DNA of 64,000 nt from contig CP158635.1 of NCBI GenBank assembly GCA_050273025.1, forward strand, positions 28,582,001 to 28,646,000. Direction: 5' to 3'. The stretch is from Cenococcum geophilum (taxonomy: Eukaryota). The position numbers and the translations under genes are program-made. The notes under the pieces are model-generated. The model was given only the letters and a program-made list of their open reading frames with translations. It was not told the origin of the DNA and searched no databases. Positions 51,244 through 64,000 of the stretch are shown here, piece after piece (within the stretch, counting starts at the first letter, position 1; each line of letters begins with the position of its first letter).

Positions 51244-54200
51244 TGTAAGGGGATCTTGTAGACAGGGGGCTATAAGGACACGATTGGAACAGGATAGATT
51301 GGTAAGAGAGACGAATCCTTGAGGAGGTAAGGCCTCTGGGATTGTGGAGACTATATACTACGGGCACGTGCCTTTAGTACGTGACCGGCGACCATCCGAG
51401 GGGCGTCCGGGGGTTGTCCTAAGGGCAACCCAAGGTGTCCGCAATAATATCCCTTACATTACCCCCCCCCTTCTTACGGTCGGCCCCCAATCGCCATTAC
51501 CTTACGGTAGGGAGATTATAAGGGCTCGTCCCGGAAGAGGTTCGGAGAGATATTAGAGAGGTATTAGTATACCGCTGTATATTATCTATCTATTTAACCC
51601 CTACTTTAAACTCCTAAAAAACCTTAATAAGGAAAAAACATAACTAGAGAAAAGACGCGAGGATTGCTAGAAGACCTATTAAAAGCCTATTAAAAGTATA
51701 CTGGTAACTACCTAAGCTAATATAGGGATTTTTATGCAACTCTACTTTTAAGCCTTTATGCCAGTCTGTAATTAATTATAAGTATTATAGGCAATTTAGT
51801 GTTCTAGTATAGTTCCGTAGAACCTTTAGTATAGGATTTAACGTACGGAGCCTTAGCTTGCCATTGTCTTTAACTGCTAAGATGTGGTCTATAATCTTTT
51901 CTTATAATCCTTTTCTTATAATCCCCTATATTACTAACGCATTACTTCCGCATTTGCCCTTAGGTTATTAGATACGGTTAAGGTATTAATTAGTTAGTTA
52001 AAGAGACTTATCTCTTAAGATTTAGTGTATATGGTTTTAAATCTAGTGGTCTTATACCGTATATTTGGCGTAGCTCTACTACCTAGCAAATAGGGACATT
52101 TCGCGATAGTAATTATAGCTATTATGTAATTGTTAAGAACGTTTATAACGTTATTCTTTAATACTATAGTATTGTTTTAGGTCTAATTTAACCTATATAT
52201 GTCTTTAATTTAACGTCTTAATTACCTTCCCCCGGCCGCGTAGTTAGTTTTTATAAGGAAGTAATAGTTAAATAACTTATACACGTGTTTCCTTCCTTCT
52301 AAATAGCGCTATTATAACGGAGTTATATTAGTAAGGTTACGGTTATTTACCGGAAGGGTATTAGAAGGTAAAGTATAAAGACATCTTACTTATTAAGCTA
52401 CTCCTTTTCTTAAACACCTCACTTCTCGCCATTAACCGTCATCCAATTTTGGACGTATCTTTAATATATTATTAAGATTTTCTTTTTTTTTATTAATAAT
52501 TTAATATGCCTCTTTATTCTCCTACTAACTACTCTTCTAAGTAAATTCCACAGTGTATCCTAGCCCTGCCTTTGCATATAGAACCCTAACCCCCGCTAAC
52601 CTATAACTAGTGCTAGTCCTACCTAAATGATTTTGCCTATACGTCTTTAAAAGACCAGAAATCTAATAATAGGATTCTGGAGGCTTATAATAAGATACAC
52701 TGCGTTAGATCTAATACCTTTAGTTCTTATAATTAATGCATACGTACTAAGAGCGGCAGTTACGTTAAGGTGAGTTTTTCTATCCTTAATAGATTTCCAT
52801 TGCTAACTTTAAGCTTCAATAATAGCCTAGGCCTAAGTGGCGACGTTCCTTTAATATCCTTAACTACTATATTGCCCAGGCTCTTTCTTATTCCAACATA
52901 AATACTAAACAACTTAGCCGAATTTAAGACTATGCCACGGCTATTTATACTACCTATAATTCCTAGTAAGCTAGCTAGCAACGCCTAATACGAGAGTAAG
53001 GTTAGTATATTAAAGATAGGGTAAGGAATAGGGGTAATAAGAAAAAGGTTGCCGTCTACTATAAAAAGGAGTTCGCGTATACGCGTTAAGTTTCGAAAGA
53101 GTATAATATAATACGGTATTAGGTAGGTTACCCTTTAGGTACCTAGCGGATAGGTAACTAACGGTTACCGTAGTAAGGTCTTAGTAGTTCTGGACTATGC
53201 CAGCTAGCTAACGTCTCTATTTATTCTGGGCTTAAGCGTATTTTTATTAACTATAAGCTTACGCCGTAAGAGCTTTATTAGTATTGGTTTAGACCTAATA
53301 TTAGTGTTAAGCGTTTAAGAGTCTCTGCTCCAGCTACACCTTATTATCCTGCCCCTGTTTTTATGCCTACTTATACACCTACTAAGGCATCTAGATCCTA
53401 TTCTTGTTAGCTATTACTTAGTGGCCTAATGGATACTAATCCTACTCCTGATAATAATAGGGCGTAGTGGCTTTTTAGATTAGGCATTTGTAGTTTAGAC
53501 TTTTAGGATTCGTTCTTATATATAGTAGTAATTAAAGACCTCAATTAGGTGCTCGGGAAGGCCTTAAAAGGCTTTTAGGAAGGGCTTAGGAGCCCTAGGA
53601 ACAATATTTTTAGTATAGATTAATAAATAGGAATGCAATTCTAGTAAAATGCCCTATTAACTCTATGCTATGTACGTGAAAAGGCTAAGGACCCGTCCTG
53701 CCTTAGGCTATATAGCCCTAATCCTTATGGTTTCCGGAGCTTGTCTGTTCCATATCCGATTTAACCTATTTACTCTTTTCGCGAGCTTTTTTCATAGGTC
53801 GCAATAACACCGTAGTATTAGAGCGCTTTCTGCGATTTATAAATTATGGACCTTGGTCCTAATATTCTTTTAGAATATCTTTATAATAATTAAGGTAATC
53901 CTTTAGTTCCTATATAGAGTCCTTAGCGGGCTAGCCTAGCCATTTAACTTTAAATTAAAGCTTGTTCTTAATAGACTTATAGCATAGTATAGCTTTAACC
54001 TTATACCACTCGCCCACTACCTTAGGGTGTTTAATTAGGCCTAGACGGAAGTTCTTTTCCGGCGGTAGTCTATGCCATAGCTTTAGTAGGTTTATATAAA
54101 ATACTAAATATATATAGGCTATAAATAGGGGTAGCTGGAGACAATAGGCTAGCTTACCAATTTATTTCTTAACTTAGAAGGGACCTAGGTATCTTATATC

Positions 54201-57200
54201 GAGCTTCTTTAATAGTTAACGGGTCTTAATATTTATTACACGTAATAGAACCTTATTGCCTACTCCAAAATGCTTATCCTAGTGCTTGCGGTTATACCAA
54301 AGTCTCTACTACTCTTAGGCATCTTATAGGCTCTACTTCACATACTTTTATTACTCCTCCCATTCCTAAAGGTATCCTTATACTCTCTGGTAGATGTCCT
54401 TAAACTTCCCAATAGGATCCTATAACTAATTATGCGGCCTTAGCTAGTAATTGTTGGGTATACCATTAAACCTAAATAGTTAGACGCTATAGGCAATCTG
54501 GATTAGTGCATACTTATACAATATATATTACTTTAAATTATAAGCATACTCCATATACGGAAGTAGCTCGCACTAGTTATCTTATTAGTAGTTTAAATAC
54601 ATCTGTAGGTAAGACTTTAGTTCCTAGTTCTAGCGTTCCGTTTGCCTATCTATCTACAGGTAGAAAGCTGTACTATAATAGTAGTCTATTTTTAAATAGA
54701 AGCATAAATCCGACTAGTACTAGCTTATAAAGACACTGCCCCTATTAGTAATAATAGAGTGCGGCTAATCTACTTTAAGAAAGCATTTCTCTTTAATTAG
54801 GTTGGCGAGCTCTTATACGTTAATCATCTTATTAATGGGAAGGTATTAGATATACTTTAAAAACTTATTAATAAGTATAAGGACCAAATTATATGTTCGT
54901 CTTTAGCCATCTTTAGATAGCGGGAGATCCGTAATAAAGTCTATAGCGTAATATTACTATAGCTTACTAGCGGGGGGAACTAATTTAAGTAGACCCTATG
55001 GCTTATACCTACGGATCTTATATACTTAACACTTCTCACAATAGCTGATATACTCCTTTACTTCCTAATTAAGCCTTAGCCAATAGTATTTACGCTAAAG
55101 TAATTCCACTATCTTTACTTAACTATAGTGGCCGCCTAAAGGATCATCGTAATTCTTTATAAGAATCTTCTGTTATAGATTTACTTCTTATGGCACCTAA
55201 ACCTTGCCACCTCTACACAGTAGGCCCATCGGGTCTAGTTCCCAATAGTAGCGCCTAACAGCTTCCTTTCCATTACATTTCCAGTCTACTTTTGCATTAA
55301 GAATAGTATAGGAAGCGTCCCTCCGTTACACCTCACGGATAAGATCCATTAACCCTTTAGATAGTTCCCGGGTAAAAGCTGTTTTATCCTATACTACTCT
55401 AAGTATAAGACTAGATGGTACCATAAATCTTGTAACTCTTTAATACGCGTATGTTAGGAAGGCCGCTACGAAGTTAAAGTCCTTTAGTTATTACAGGGCT
55501 CCAAGTTCCAATTACTCTATAGCTTCACTATTAGTTTAAGGGGATAGCTTAGTAATTAGAGATAGTATATTACCAGGTTCCAAGAATGTATTAGGGACGT
55601 CCTGTCCAGGTATATTTAAACCCTTATTAGTAACGGACCGGGTACTAGCTAAAACATTAGTAGAAACCGATAGGGCTTATACCGCCTAAGACTTAATACA
55701 TAGAGCTATAGGTACTTAAGCATCCTATACCCAGAGCTTGTTCTATAATATAGGGAGTAAGATATCTATTATCTATTTTCCTTCTCCTGTTTTAAAGCCT
55801 TTAGCATAGTCTGGCCGTTATAACGGTCTATTAGCAGGGTTATTTTCCCCTAGCTTATATTTAATCTTAAAATTAAATTACGTAAGCTCCTCTACCTATC
55901 TAGCTTATTAAGGTATAAGCTCCTTTATAGTTATAAAGTAGCATAAATTATAGTAATCTAAGAGTATATAAGTGGTATAGCTCGCGTGCTCAAGGTAATA
56001 TTGCTACTATTTAAAGTAGTTAACTATAGCCAGCAGTTCCTTATCGTGGGTATAATACCTAACTTTAGGTCCCTGGAATTTTCTACTATAAAATACTACT
56101 AGTCTTTAATGGAGCTAGGTAGCGTCTAGATGCCTATTAGGTTATAGTAGGATACTAGCAAGGGCAAAATTTAATACATTAGTAATTATTATTAATGGCT
56201 AATCTAGGTTAAAATACCGTAGCAATAGAGCTTTTATAAACTTTACGCGAAGTTCCTAAAAGGCCTCCTAAACCTTTCCGGGCTATAACTATAGCTTATA
56301 CTATTTAGTTAGTCCCTTCTTAGTTTTCTTCCTTGCCGCCTTTAAGCTTTTTACTCCTTAGGTTAGGTCTTAGGAAGCTTCCGTAATATAGTTAAATAGG
56401 TATCGGGCAATATCCGAGTAATTATAGATAAAGCGCCTATAGAAATTGGTAAAGCCTAGGAACACTTAAATATCTTAGTAGCTCTTTAGCTCCGGCCACT
56501 CCTAAATCATCTACACCCGTACTAGGTCCATAACTACACTTATAGGCGTTACAATATAACCCAGGAACTTAACCTACTTGGTGTTAAAGATATACTTTAA
56601 CGCTTTGGCGTAGAGGCCCCAATCATCTAAACGTTCTAGCACTTTGCGGACGTATTACTTATGTTAATCCTCGTCTTCTAAGTAGATTAAGATATTATCT
56701 AAATAGATAATATATATGCGGTCAACTAGTCCCCCTAAGGCTCTGTAAATATACGATTGGAATATTATAGGCGTATTAGCTAGCCTAAAAGGCATTACTA
56801 AATACTTAAAGTAGCTGTATTAGGTCTTAAAAGCGGTCTTCTACTTATCCCCTTTTTTAATACAGAGCGTATAATAGGCGTCTTATAGATCTAACTTTAT
56901 AAAGATCTTCGCCCTAAATAGTTAATCCAGTATTTTACTAATTAGTAGTAGTAGGTAACAGTTTTTAATTATAATTTTGTTAAGACCGCGATAGTCTATA
57001 TATAGCCTTATAGTTCTATCTAGTTTTGGGATAAAGAAGATCGGCGCGCCTAACGGCGACTTATTAGGCCGGATCTATTCCTTTTTTAGTAAGCCATTGA
57101 GGTACTCCTATAGGATCTTAAGCTCTTTACGCGAGAGGTTATAGATAGGAAGGTTTAGCGGTTATTTACCTTCTTCTAGATTAATTACATAATTATACTC

Positions 57201-60162
57201 CAAGTTCTGCGGTAGGACTTTAGCTCTCCTACCCAAAAATACCCTTAGTAAGTCCCTTAGGCCTGCTAGAATATTTAACAAATTAGGGTCGCGTTTGTCC
57301 TCTACATTATTATTAGGTAGGTCCCGAAGCTCCCTTAAGATACTCGCGGGCAGCGTTATACGCTATAGTGGTTACTTATATATGGTTGCCACCGTATATT
57401 AAACCGTTTTATATAGTAGCCAATAAAGGGTAGAAAACTCCTTGACGCAGCGTTCGAGGTGCTATAGTATACTCTCCGCATATTGCTTAAGCTAGAGTAA
57501 CCCGTAACAGTTAAAGTATCTTATAAAATCCTTAAGATCGCCGCCTCCCTATAATATCTCCGCGACCTATCTAGTAGTTCCCTATAGGGTCTCCATTATA
57601 GAGGGGTTATTACCTATACTAAGCTCTATACCTATCTTGCTATTAAATAGGGGTTAGATCCGATACTCCTTTAGGTATAGAGCGTATACTATTTTACCTA
57701 GGGCTACATTCTCTAGGATGTCCTTTAGGCTTATTAATAATATACGCCCTTCTAAATCTTCATTATTCTACTATTTAAAGGCTCCTATTTTAAAGCGTAT
57801 CTTAGGATCTACTTTTATAAGCCAAGAGTATCTGAGGATAAGGTCATAACCTACGAAGTTAGCCGCCTAGAAGGGTTGCGGGCTAACCGCCTTAGTGCGG
57901 TTATGTATATCGGCTATTAACACTATAAGCTTATAGGCACTATGTAGCTTAATCCAATACTTATCTAGGAAGCCTATAATAGGTTTCCGCCACCTTTGCA
58001 ATAGGATGAGTTTATACTCTTTTACCAAATTATATCGTATAAGATTAATTTTAGCGCCGCTGTTATATAGTGCTTAGAACTATCGTACCTCACCTATAGG
58101 GAGTATTATTTCCAGCTTAACAGTAATACGGAGAGTCTCTCCTTCTATATCTTGCCCTAGTTACAGCTAGAAGAGGTCCACAACTAGGGCTTTTCTTTTT
58201 TTAGATCGTTAGTGCGGTTATCGCCCTACTTGTTTTTCTAATAAGATCTACCTCTAGAGTTTTCTCTTAACTTCTTAGAGTGTTCCTATAAAGGTGCTAG
58301 ATAGGTATTAGGTTAGCCCTAGGAGTCTTTCCCGTTATTTAAGGTTCTTAACTTTAACCCTTTTAAAGTTCTCTTTAAGAACGGCTTCTTTAAAGGTTAG
58401 GTCTACCCTATATTACTACTAAAGTGCCCGCGCTTCTAGTGACCCCTTAGCTTCCTACTAGAAGAGGTCTAGTTCCTTACCGCGTCTTTAGCATTTAGAA
58501 CTGCTCATTCAAAATCTATATATATAGTAATCCGCAATAGGGCTCCCACGCGCTTTATTTCGTCATAAATTACTAGCTTAATTCTAGCCTAGATAAACCT
58601 AATCTTCTCTTTCTTATAGATGCTACCGTCCTTATTTTTAAAAAGCTCTAAATCCATCTATTAAGCATAAGTTTCCACAAAGTTTATAAACTGGCAGAAG
58701 TTATAGCGGTCCAGCTATATCCCATTTTAGAATAGCTCTGTATTATCGTATTATACAACATACAGATCTTAAGTCCATTTCTTTAAGAAGGTTTACAGCT
58801 GTGGCTATATAGTAATTTGCTCTTTATTAAGCTAATTAAGTGCAATCTAGTTTAGTAATCGGTCTTTAATCTTACTAATAATCTAACGTATACGCTCTTT
58901 AGTATTATCTCGTATTATTAGCATCTTAAAGAAGTTATCTACCTCACGAACCCAATCGTCCAACTATTAGGCGTTGGGTCTATAGCAAAGTTCTAGACTA
59001 CCAGAGGCCTTAGCTAGTCAGTCTATATCCTTTTTCCGTTTATAGCGTAAATAACTCTCTAAGTCTTCTATACCTCCTTAAGTAGGTACTAAGTAGCTCC
59101 TAAAAAGCCCTTAGCCTTAATTAGGTTATAAAAGAATTTACCTAGCTTAGATTAGACCCTACCAGATCTAGATTTGCCCTTAGAGGGTTCTAATATATTT
59201 ATTAGTAGCTTCCTCTCGCATAGCTTCCGAGAGCCTTATAACAGCTTCCCAATATCTATCTTAAAGGAGATCAGTATAGGGCTCTTAACCTTCTAAACTC
59301 GGGCCTAGGGAGGCTTCTACTATAGAGGTAGTGTTAGTACCAGTAGCTAGTATAGGCTTCCCAACAAGGCTTAGGTCCTAAGTTAATAATTAGCTTAGAT
59401 TACCTAAAGGGGTAGGCCTACTTGGCTTGTAAGCAGTCTGTGCACCACCACTATACTAATTATAGGCCGGTGGTCTTCCGGGAGGGTTCCGGTTGGTTTC
59501 CTAGTTAGACACATTAGTATATTCCTCTAGCATTTCTAGCTTAGGGGAAGATCTTAAAGTTGCCTCTAGCGCTTAATCTTCTAATTGGCCTAGGTGGGAT
59601 TAAAGGGGTTCCGGTTACTTTCCGGCAGCGTTATAACCATTATAGAGGGTATCTGCGTTTTCCTTAGCGGTAACTATAGGTATATAAGAGTCTTCGAGCT
59701 CCTAGAGCATCTAGGTATTAGGGCTTATTCAGCCGTCTTGCCTAGAGGGTTATATTGTTATAATCTCTCACTATCGGAGGGACCTTCCTGCCTTTACGCG
59801 ACGGCTTTTATAAGGTATCTATAGAGTTTCCGTTTAGGTTATCACAAGATTTTAAGGGAGAATGGTAGTTATTAACAAAAGATATAAACAAATAATCTGG
59901 TCCTTAAAGCCGACTACCCTTCTAAAAAAGAGTAGGAAGGATTTAAATATAAGGGGATCTTATAGACAGGGGGCTATAAGGACACAATTGGAATAGGATA
60001 GATTAGTAAGAGAGATAAATCCTTAAGGAGGTAAGGCCTCTAGGATCGTAGAGACTATATACTACGGGTATATGCCTTTAGCACGTGACCGGCGACCATC
60101 CGAGGGGCGTCTGGGGGTTGTCCTGAGGGCAACCCGAGGTGTCCGTAATAATATCCCTTACA
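51244..60162 (-). mobile_element. Gypsy-3: Ty3/Gypsy chromovirus inserted in the pogo transposase
   Basis: 215-bp LTRs at 51244-51458 (3') and 59948-60162 (5'). TSD ATAAC at 51239-51243 and 60163-60167. Poly-G PPT. Protease ALYNSGAKIN (~58060); RT IYLDNILIY (~56700); integrase; chromodomain FKVKWLG*PAKDSI*E (~53900-53960). Confidence 0.93.
52506..53880 (+). pseudogene. RIPed antisense accessory gene of Gypsy-3 with a Cys6 motif
   Basis: ATG at 52506 is in frame with T-YN*C-x29-C-VRSNTFSS-YN*C-IRTKSGS-Y-VK, i.e. Cx2Cx29Cx8Cx2Cx7C after de-RIP (52602-52763). It is followed immediately by a GTGAGT donor (52770) and a GCTAAC branch site (52802). 3' end approximate. Confidence 0.55.
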
Positions 60163-61601
60163 ATAACTTTCTAAAACGGCAGGATAAGCTTCGTTACTGC
60201 TATATATATTTAATTAATTAAGAACGAGCTCTTATAAATAACAACCCTAGCCTTATTTAGAGATTCTTTACCAACTATACTGACGCCATTACTTAATATA
60301 ATATTAGCGAATTTGATAGGTAGAATATGGATAAAATAGGCTATGTAATGGGACTAGCTTTTGCTACAAAAGTAGTTATATTAAGAGGCAGAATTATTAA
60401 CTTTAAGACGGTTAACGGTAATAGGGAGTAGGTTACCTAAATCGACTTAATTGGTATGTATGGGTAGATAATTCCACTATTTATTATTTTTAAAGGGAAG
60501 TAGTATATAGATTTACTATAGGAAACAGCAGAGGAAGCTGTAGGCGAGTACTTAATTAGAATAACGGAGAATAGCTAGTTAAATAAAGAAATAGGCCTTA
60601 AGTGGCTTTAATATTTTAAGCGTTATACTCGGCGAGCAGAGGCATAGGAAGCCTCTAAAATTAATACCCTAAATATTAAACACTATGGCTACCGATTACT
60701 TATTATAGATAGGCATAACTCTTATACTAATATTAAGTTTATAGAGTTCTGCTAGAAGTATAAGATTATTCCTATATATCTTCTACCTTACTTAACCCAC
60801 TTCCTACAGCCTCTAAATCTTATTATTTTTTTAGTAGTTAAGCGCCTATATTTAGCCAAGGTCGACAAATACGTAGCTCGCGGTGTTACTAGTATTAATA
60901 AAAACTACTTTCTGTAGATCCTAGGCGAGATTAGGCCTTAAGTATATATACCTAAACTAATTAATAGTGCATTTAAAGCTATAGGCCTTCTTTCTTTTAA
61001 CCCTAATTAAGTCCTCTAACGCCTTATAGGGCAACCTTCCTCTGCGCGATTATATATACCTTAGCCTATAAACGAACCAACGCTTTTATCCTTACCTCTG
61101 TATCTAAAGACTCTAAAAAGCCACTCTAATTAAGCTTAGTATAGCTATATAATCCGTTATTTAGACACTGCTTCTAAAGCAATTAATATTATTATTAGGA
61201 AGCTTATAAGCTATATAGATTTAATAGATAAAGGTATAGAAATACTTCGGCTAGAAAATACGGAGCTTTATAATGGTGCTACAGACAGGAGAGCCAAGAA
61301 GAAAAATTAATAGGTAGTGCTTTTAACTAAATCAGTCCTTACTACTAAATTAGCTAAAGCACTTATTAACGCGAGGGAGGCTATAGAGGAGGCTAAACGG
61401 AAGATTAAGAATACTAGAGAGCGGCTTAGAAAGGAGAGAAAAAGGATAGCTATAACTGCTAAGGCATAAGTTTAAGAAAGGAAGGAGGCTTAGGCTACTG
61501 CTATAAAAGCTAAAAAGGTTGCAGATTAACATAAAAGGGACTTAGGAGAGGCAAATTAGGCAGTAAAAAGAGCGTAGAAGGTATTAGTAACTATAGGTAA
61601 T

Positions 61602-64000
61602 TGTTAAACTGGTAATTTAGAATAAGAACTCTGGTTTATTAAAGAGGGCTCTAGAAGCTCTCTTATATACATTAGGTAAGTCCTAAATATAATGACGACG
61701 ACGTCGTTATATAGTAGGTTATAGTTAAGAGAAATAGGTAATTAGACGTTTGATAAAATATATAAGCTTAAGATATAAGACAACTGAGATATAGTTCGTA
61801 TAGACAATCTAGGTCGTTAAATAGTATTACGATGGTAGTAAGGAACTTTAATTTAAGTTAATATACCCCCCTAGCTGCATAGAGCCTTCTAGGCTGCTGT
61901 AGAAATACTAAAAAGTCACAATAGCAATTTGGTGTTAAGTTAAAGGAAATCCTCCCTATATTTACCTTACCTAAATATTATTTAAATTAAATTAAATTAG
62001 ATCCTTAATATCAACAAGGTTTAATTACTAAATAAACGTCTTATGCTTTTAACAAGGCAGAGCCTTTGTTAGGCCGTCTACTATTATATCCGCAGTAGGC
62101 ACCTATTTAATATTAATGCTTTCTTTATAAACTTCCTAGCGGAGCTAGTGGTGATAAATATTAATATATTAAAGCTTAGTGTTAAGCTCCGCGTTACTTT
62201 TAGTTAGTAGTTAAATAGTCTATAGGTTATTATAATATATCGTTTGCTTCTTATTAGGGTTAAATCCGATTTCTTTAAAGAATTGCTGCCACCAAATCGA
62301 CTCAGTGGCTGTATGCGATAGGGCTAAGAGCTCTACTTCTGTGCTTAATTTTGTTACTAACTTCTGCTTTATAGATTGCTAGTTAATTGGCCCTCTAAAT
62401 AAGGTGAATAGATAACCTTCTGTGCTCTTTCTGCTCACTAGGTTATCGCTAAATAATATATTACTGGCCCTTATAAAGATTTAATTTATTATATTCTTCT
62501 TTAAGTACTTAATTACAAAAGTCCTAGTTTAATAAAGGTAGGCAATTACCCTTATAGTAGCTGCGTCATGAATTAGTGATGGGTTTTAAGAGAATTCTAA
62601 TAGCTTGCTTATTAATCTCGCCGCGTTTAGATAGGTAATATAGGCTATATAGAGCGTAGATCCGACCTTCCTTTAATAGGTATAGATGTCCTACTTTAAG
62701 GCTTATTCTAGATTAAGCTTAAGTTCCTTATTGCCTATTAGTGTATAGACTTTACGATAGTCCTTTATATTAAAGCTTATCGCGATCTTATTAATATAAG
62801 CGTCCTAGCTAAGCCAAAGCTTCCTATTCTCTCTATTGCGGATTATTTAAATTTCTAGAAACCAGGTGAGTTTACCTAGGTCCTTTATCTCGTACCTTTT
62901 TATAAGGTGCTCCTTAAAGGTCTTAAGCTTAAGGATGTCTCTCTTTTAGTAGGCGGCTGTAATATTATTAATATAGAAGAAGACTATTAGCCAATTGTTG
63001 TGATATAGGCAAGGCTCCTCCGCCACTAGCTTTAAGCCTTCCTTTTTAAGTATTATTATTAAGTTACTGTACCATAGTAGAGGTGATTGTTGTAATCTAT
63101 AGAGCGCTCTATAAAGCAGTAGGCACTTGCCCTTAATCGCAAATCTATCTAGGCTCTTAATATAAACGACCTCGTTAATTAGGCTGTTTGCGAATGCGTT
63201 AACGGCGTTACCCTGCTAGCAGTCTAGGTTAAATATTGCGATAATAGCCATTAGCGCTCTAAACGATCTTACTATTAGTATTGCGGCATAGGTGTTCTTA
63301 TGTACTAACTCTTGTAGATTACCTCGTACGCAAAGGCGGGCTTTAAATTTCGTTAGATAGCTATTGGTATTAGTTTTATAGGTAAACGTCTAGATAACAG
63401 GCACGGGTTTAATATTAATTGTCTCCTTAACAACCTTAAACGTTTCTTTATTTTAAAGGTTAGTAAACTCCTTCTAAGTAGTAGCCATAAATTCTTCCTT
63501 ATATTAATGTCTTTAAAGCTCCTTCTAGTTCTTAGGCGGCGGTAGGAGCTAGTTGCGATATAGCTTTTAGTAAAAGGTAAGCCCTATATTAAAGGCTGCT
63601 CTTTAAGCCGGAAGGCTCTTGTCCTTAGTAACATCAGTTAGGAAACCTACGTAGGCCTTTAGACGTTCTTTAAGTCTCTTCCCTTTAACAACGTTTTACT
63701 CTCCTATATTGCCGATAATATTCTTCTTTAGCTTAGCTTCGTTAGTTAGAACTATAATATAGTATAGCTTCTTCTTTACTAAGGTATTTAAGGACGGTAG
63801 AGGCTCCAGTAAGTTAGGTTCTAGTATTTTATCTAGGGTAAAAAGCCCTAGAGTTAAGTCATCTTTAGAGCTTAAATCTGGTTGCTTACTACTTTTAATA
63901 TTAGGCTCTTCCTAATTTCCACTAGAATTCACCTATTATCTTCCTTTAGTATTAACTTAAATCTCGTTTAGAGTTTTATCGCTTTTATTACTTTTATTAA
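61602..64000 (-). mobile_element. Copia-2: 3' part of a Ty1/Copia element inserted in the pogo element, running off the window
   Basis: Putative 3' LTR at 61602-61863 (TGTT...TTAATA), with PPT ctaggggggta next to it. RT FKARLCVRG, ALYRLQQSPLLWY, WLIVFFYINNI (=YVDD, ~62970); RNase H ..YHH*LR*EV and IIVDGLTKAL (~62065-62180). Confidence 0.88.

Larger units (their letters stand above)
50433..61601 (+). mobile_element. Fot1/pogo (Tc1-mariner) DNA transposon, RIPed; interrupted by Gypsy-3 and Copia-2; right TIR not in window
   Basis: TA|ACGTGTACCACCACTCATCCGGACACCCCAGTTATCCGGACG terminus with internal repeats. Transposase from ATG ~50878, continuing after 60167 with *NMDKIGYVMG (WNMDETG), RLLIIDRHNSY (DGHxSH) and LLPYLTHFLQPLNL (PPHxTHxLQPLD). 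Confidence 0.88.
50433..64000. other. AT-rich RIP-mutated block 2
   Basis: Same TpA-rich transition pattern as block 1; starts abruptly at the pogo TIR, ~390 bp upstream of the HET start codon. Confidence 0.88.

Noticed and set aside
12637..52452. Shared CATCCAATTTT motif near the antisense genes of Gypsy-1 and Gypsy-3
   Set aside because: Opposite orientation relative to the genes, not seen in Gypsy-2, and short and AT-rich; likely chance.

Overview
This is filamentous-ascomycete (Pezizomycotina-type) genomic DNA. About 90% of it is two AT-rich blocks of transposons degraded by RIP (repeat-induced point mutation), at ~1.8-47.0 kb and 50.4-64 kb. Host genes: the 3' part of an RBR (RING-IBR-RING) E3 ligase gene (1-1026), a RIP-killed HNWD-type WD40 relic, and an intact three-exon HET-domain gene. 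Matching TIRs, LTRs and target-site duplications (TSDs) resolve the first block completely: one outer hAT element (2453-46652) contains four more hATs, two Gypsy chromoviruses, a Copia, a Tad-like LINE, a solo LTR and a 446-bp TRIM, nested up to five levels deep. The second block is a Fot1/pogo element containing a third chromovirus and a second Copia. Most notable observation: all three unrelated chromoviruses carry an antisense, intron-containing gene between integrase-chromodomain and the 3' LTR, encoding a six-cysteine, Zn2Cys6-like domain that is readable only after reversing RIP. All three chromoviruses and the TRIM also show a Tf1-type self-priming signature instead of a tRNA primer site. 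Protein readings inside TEs are manual de-RIP reconstructions (C>T/G>A reversal), not database results.
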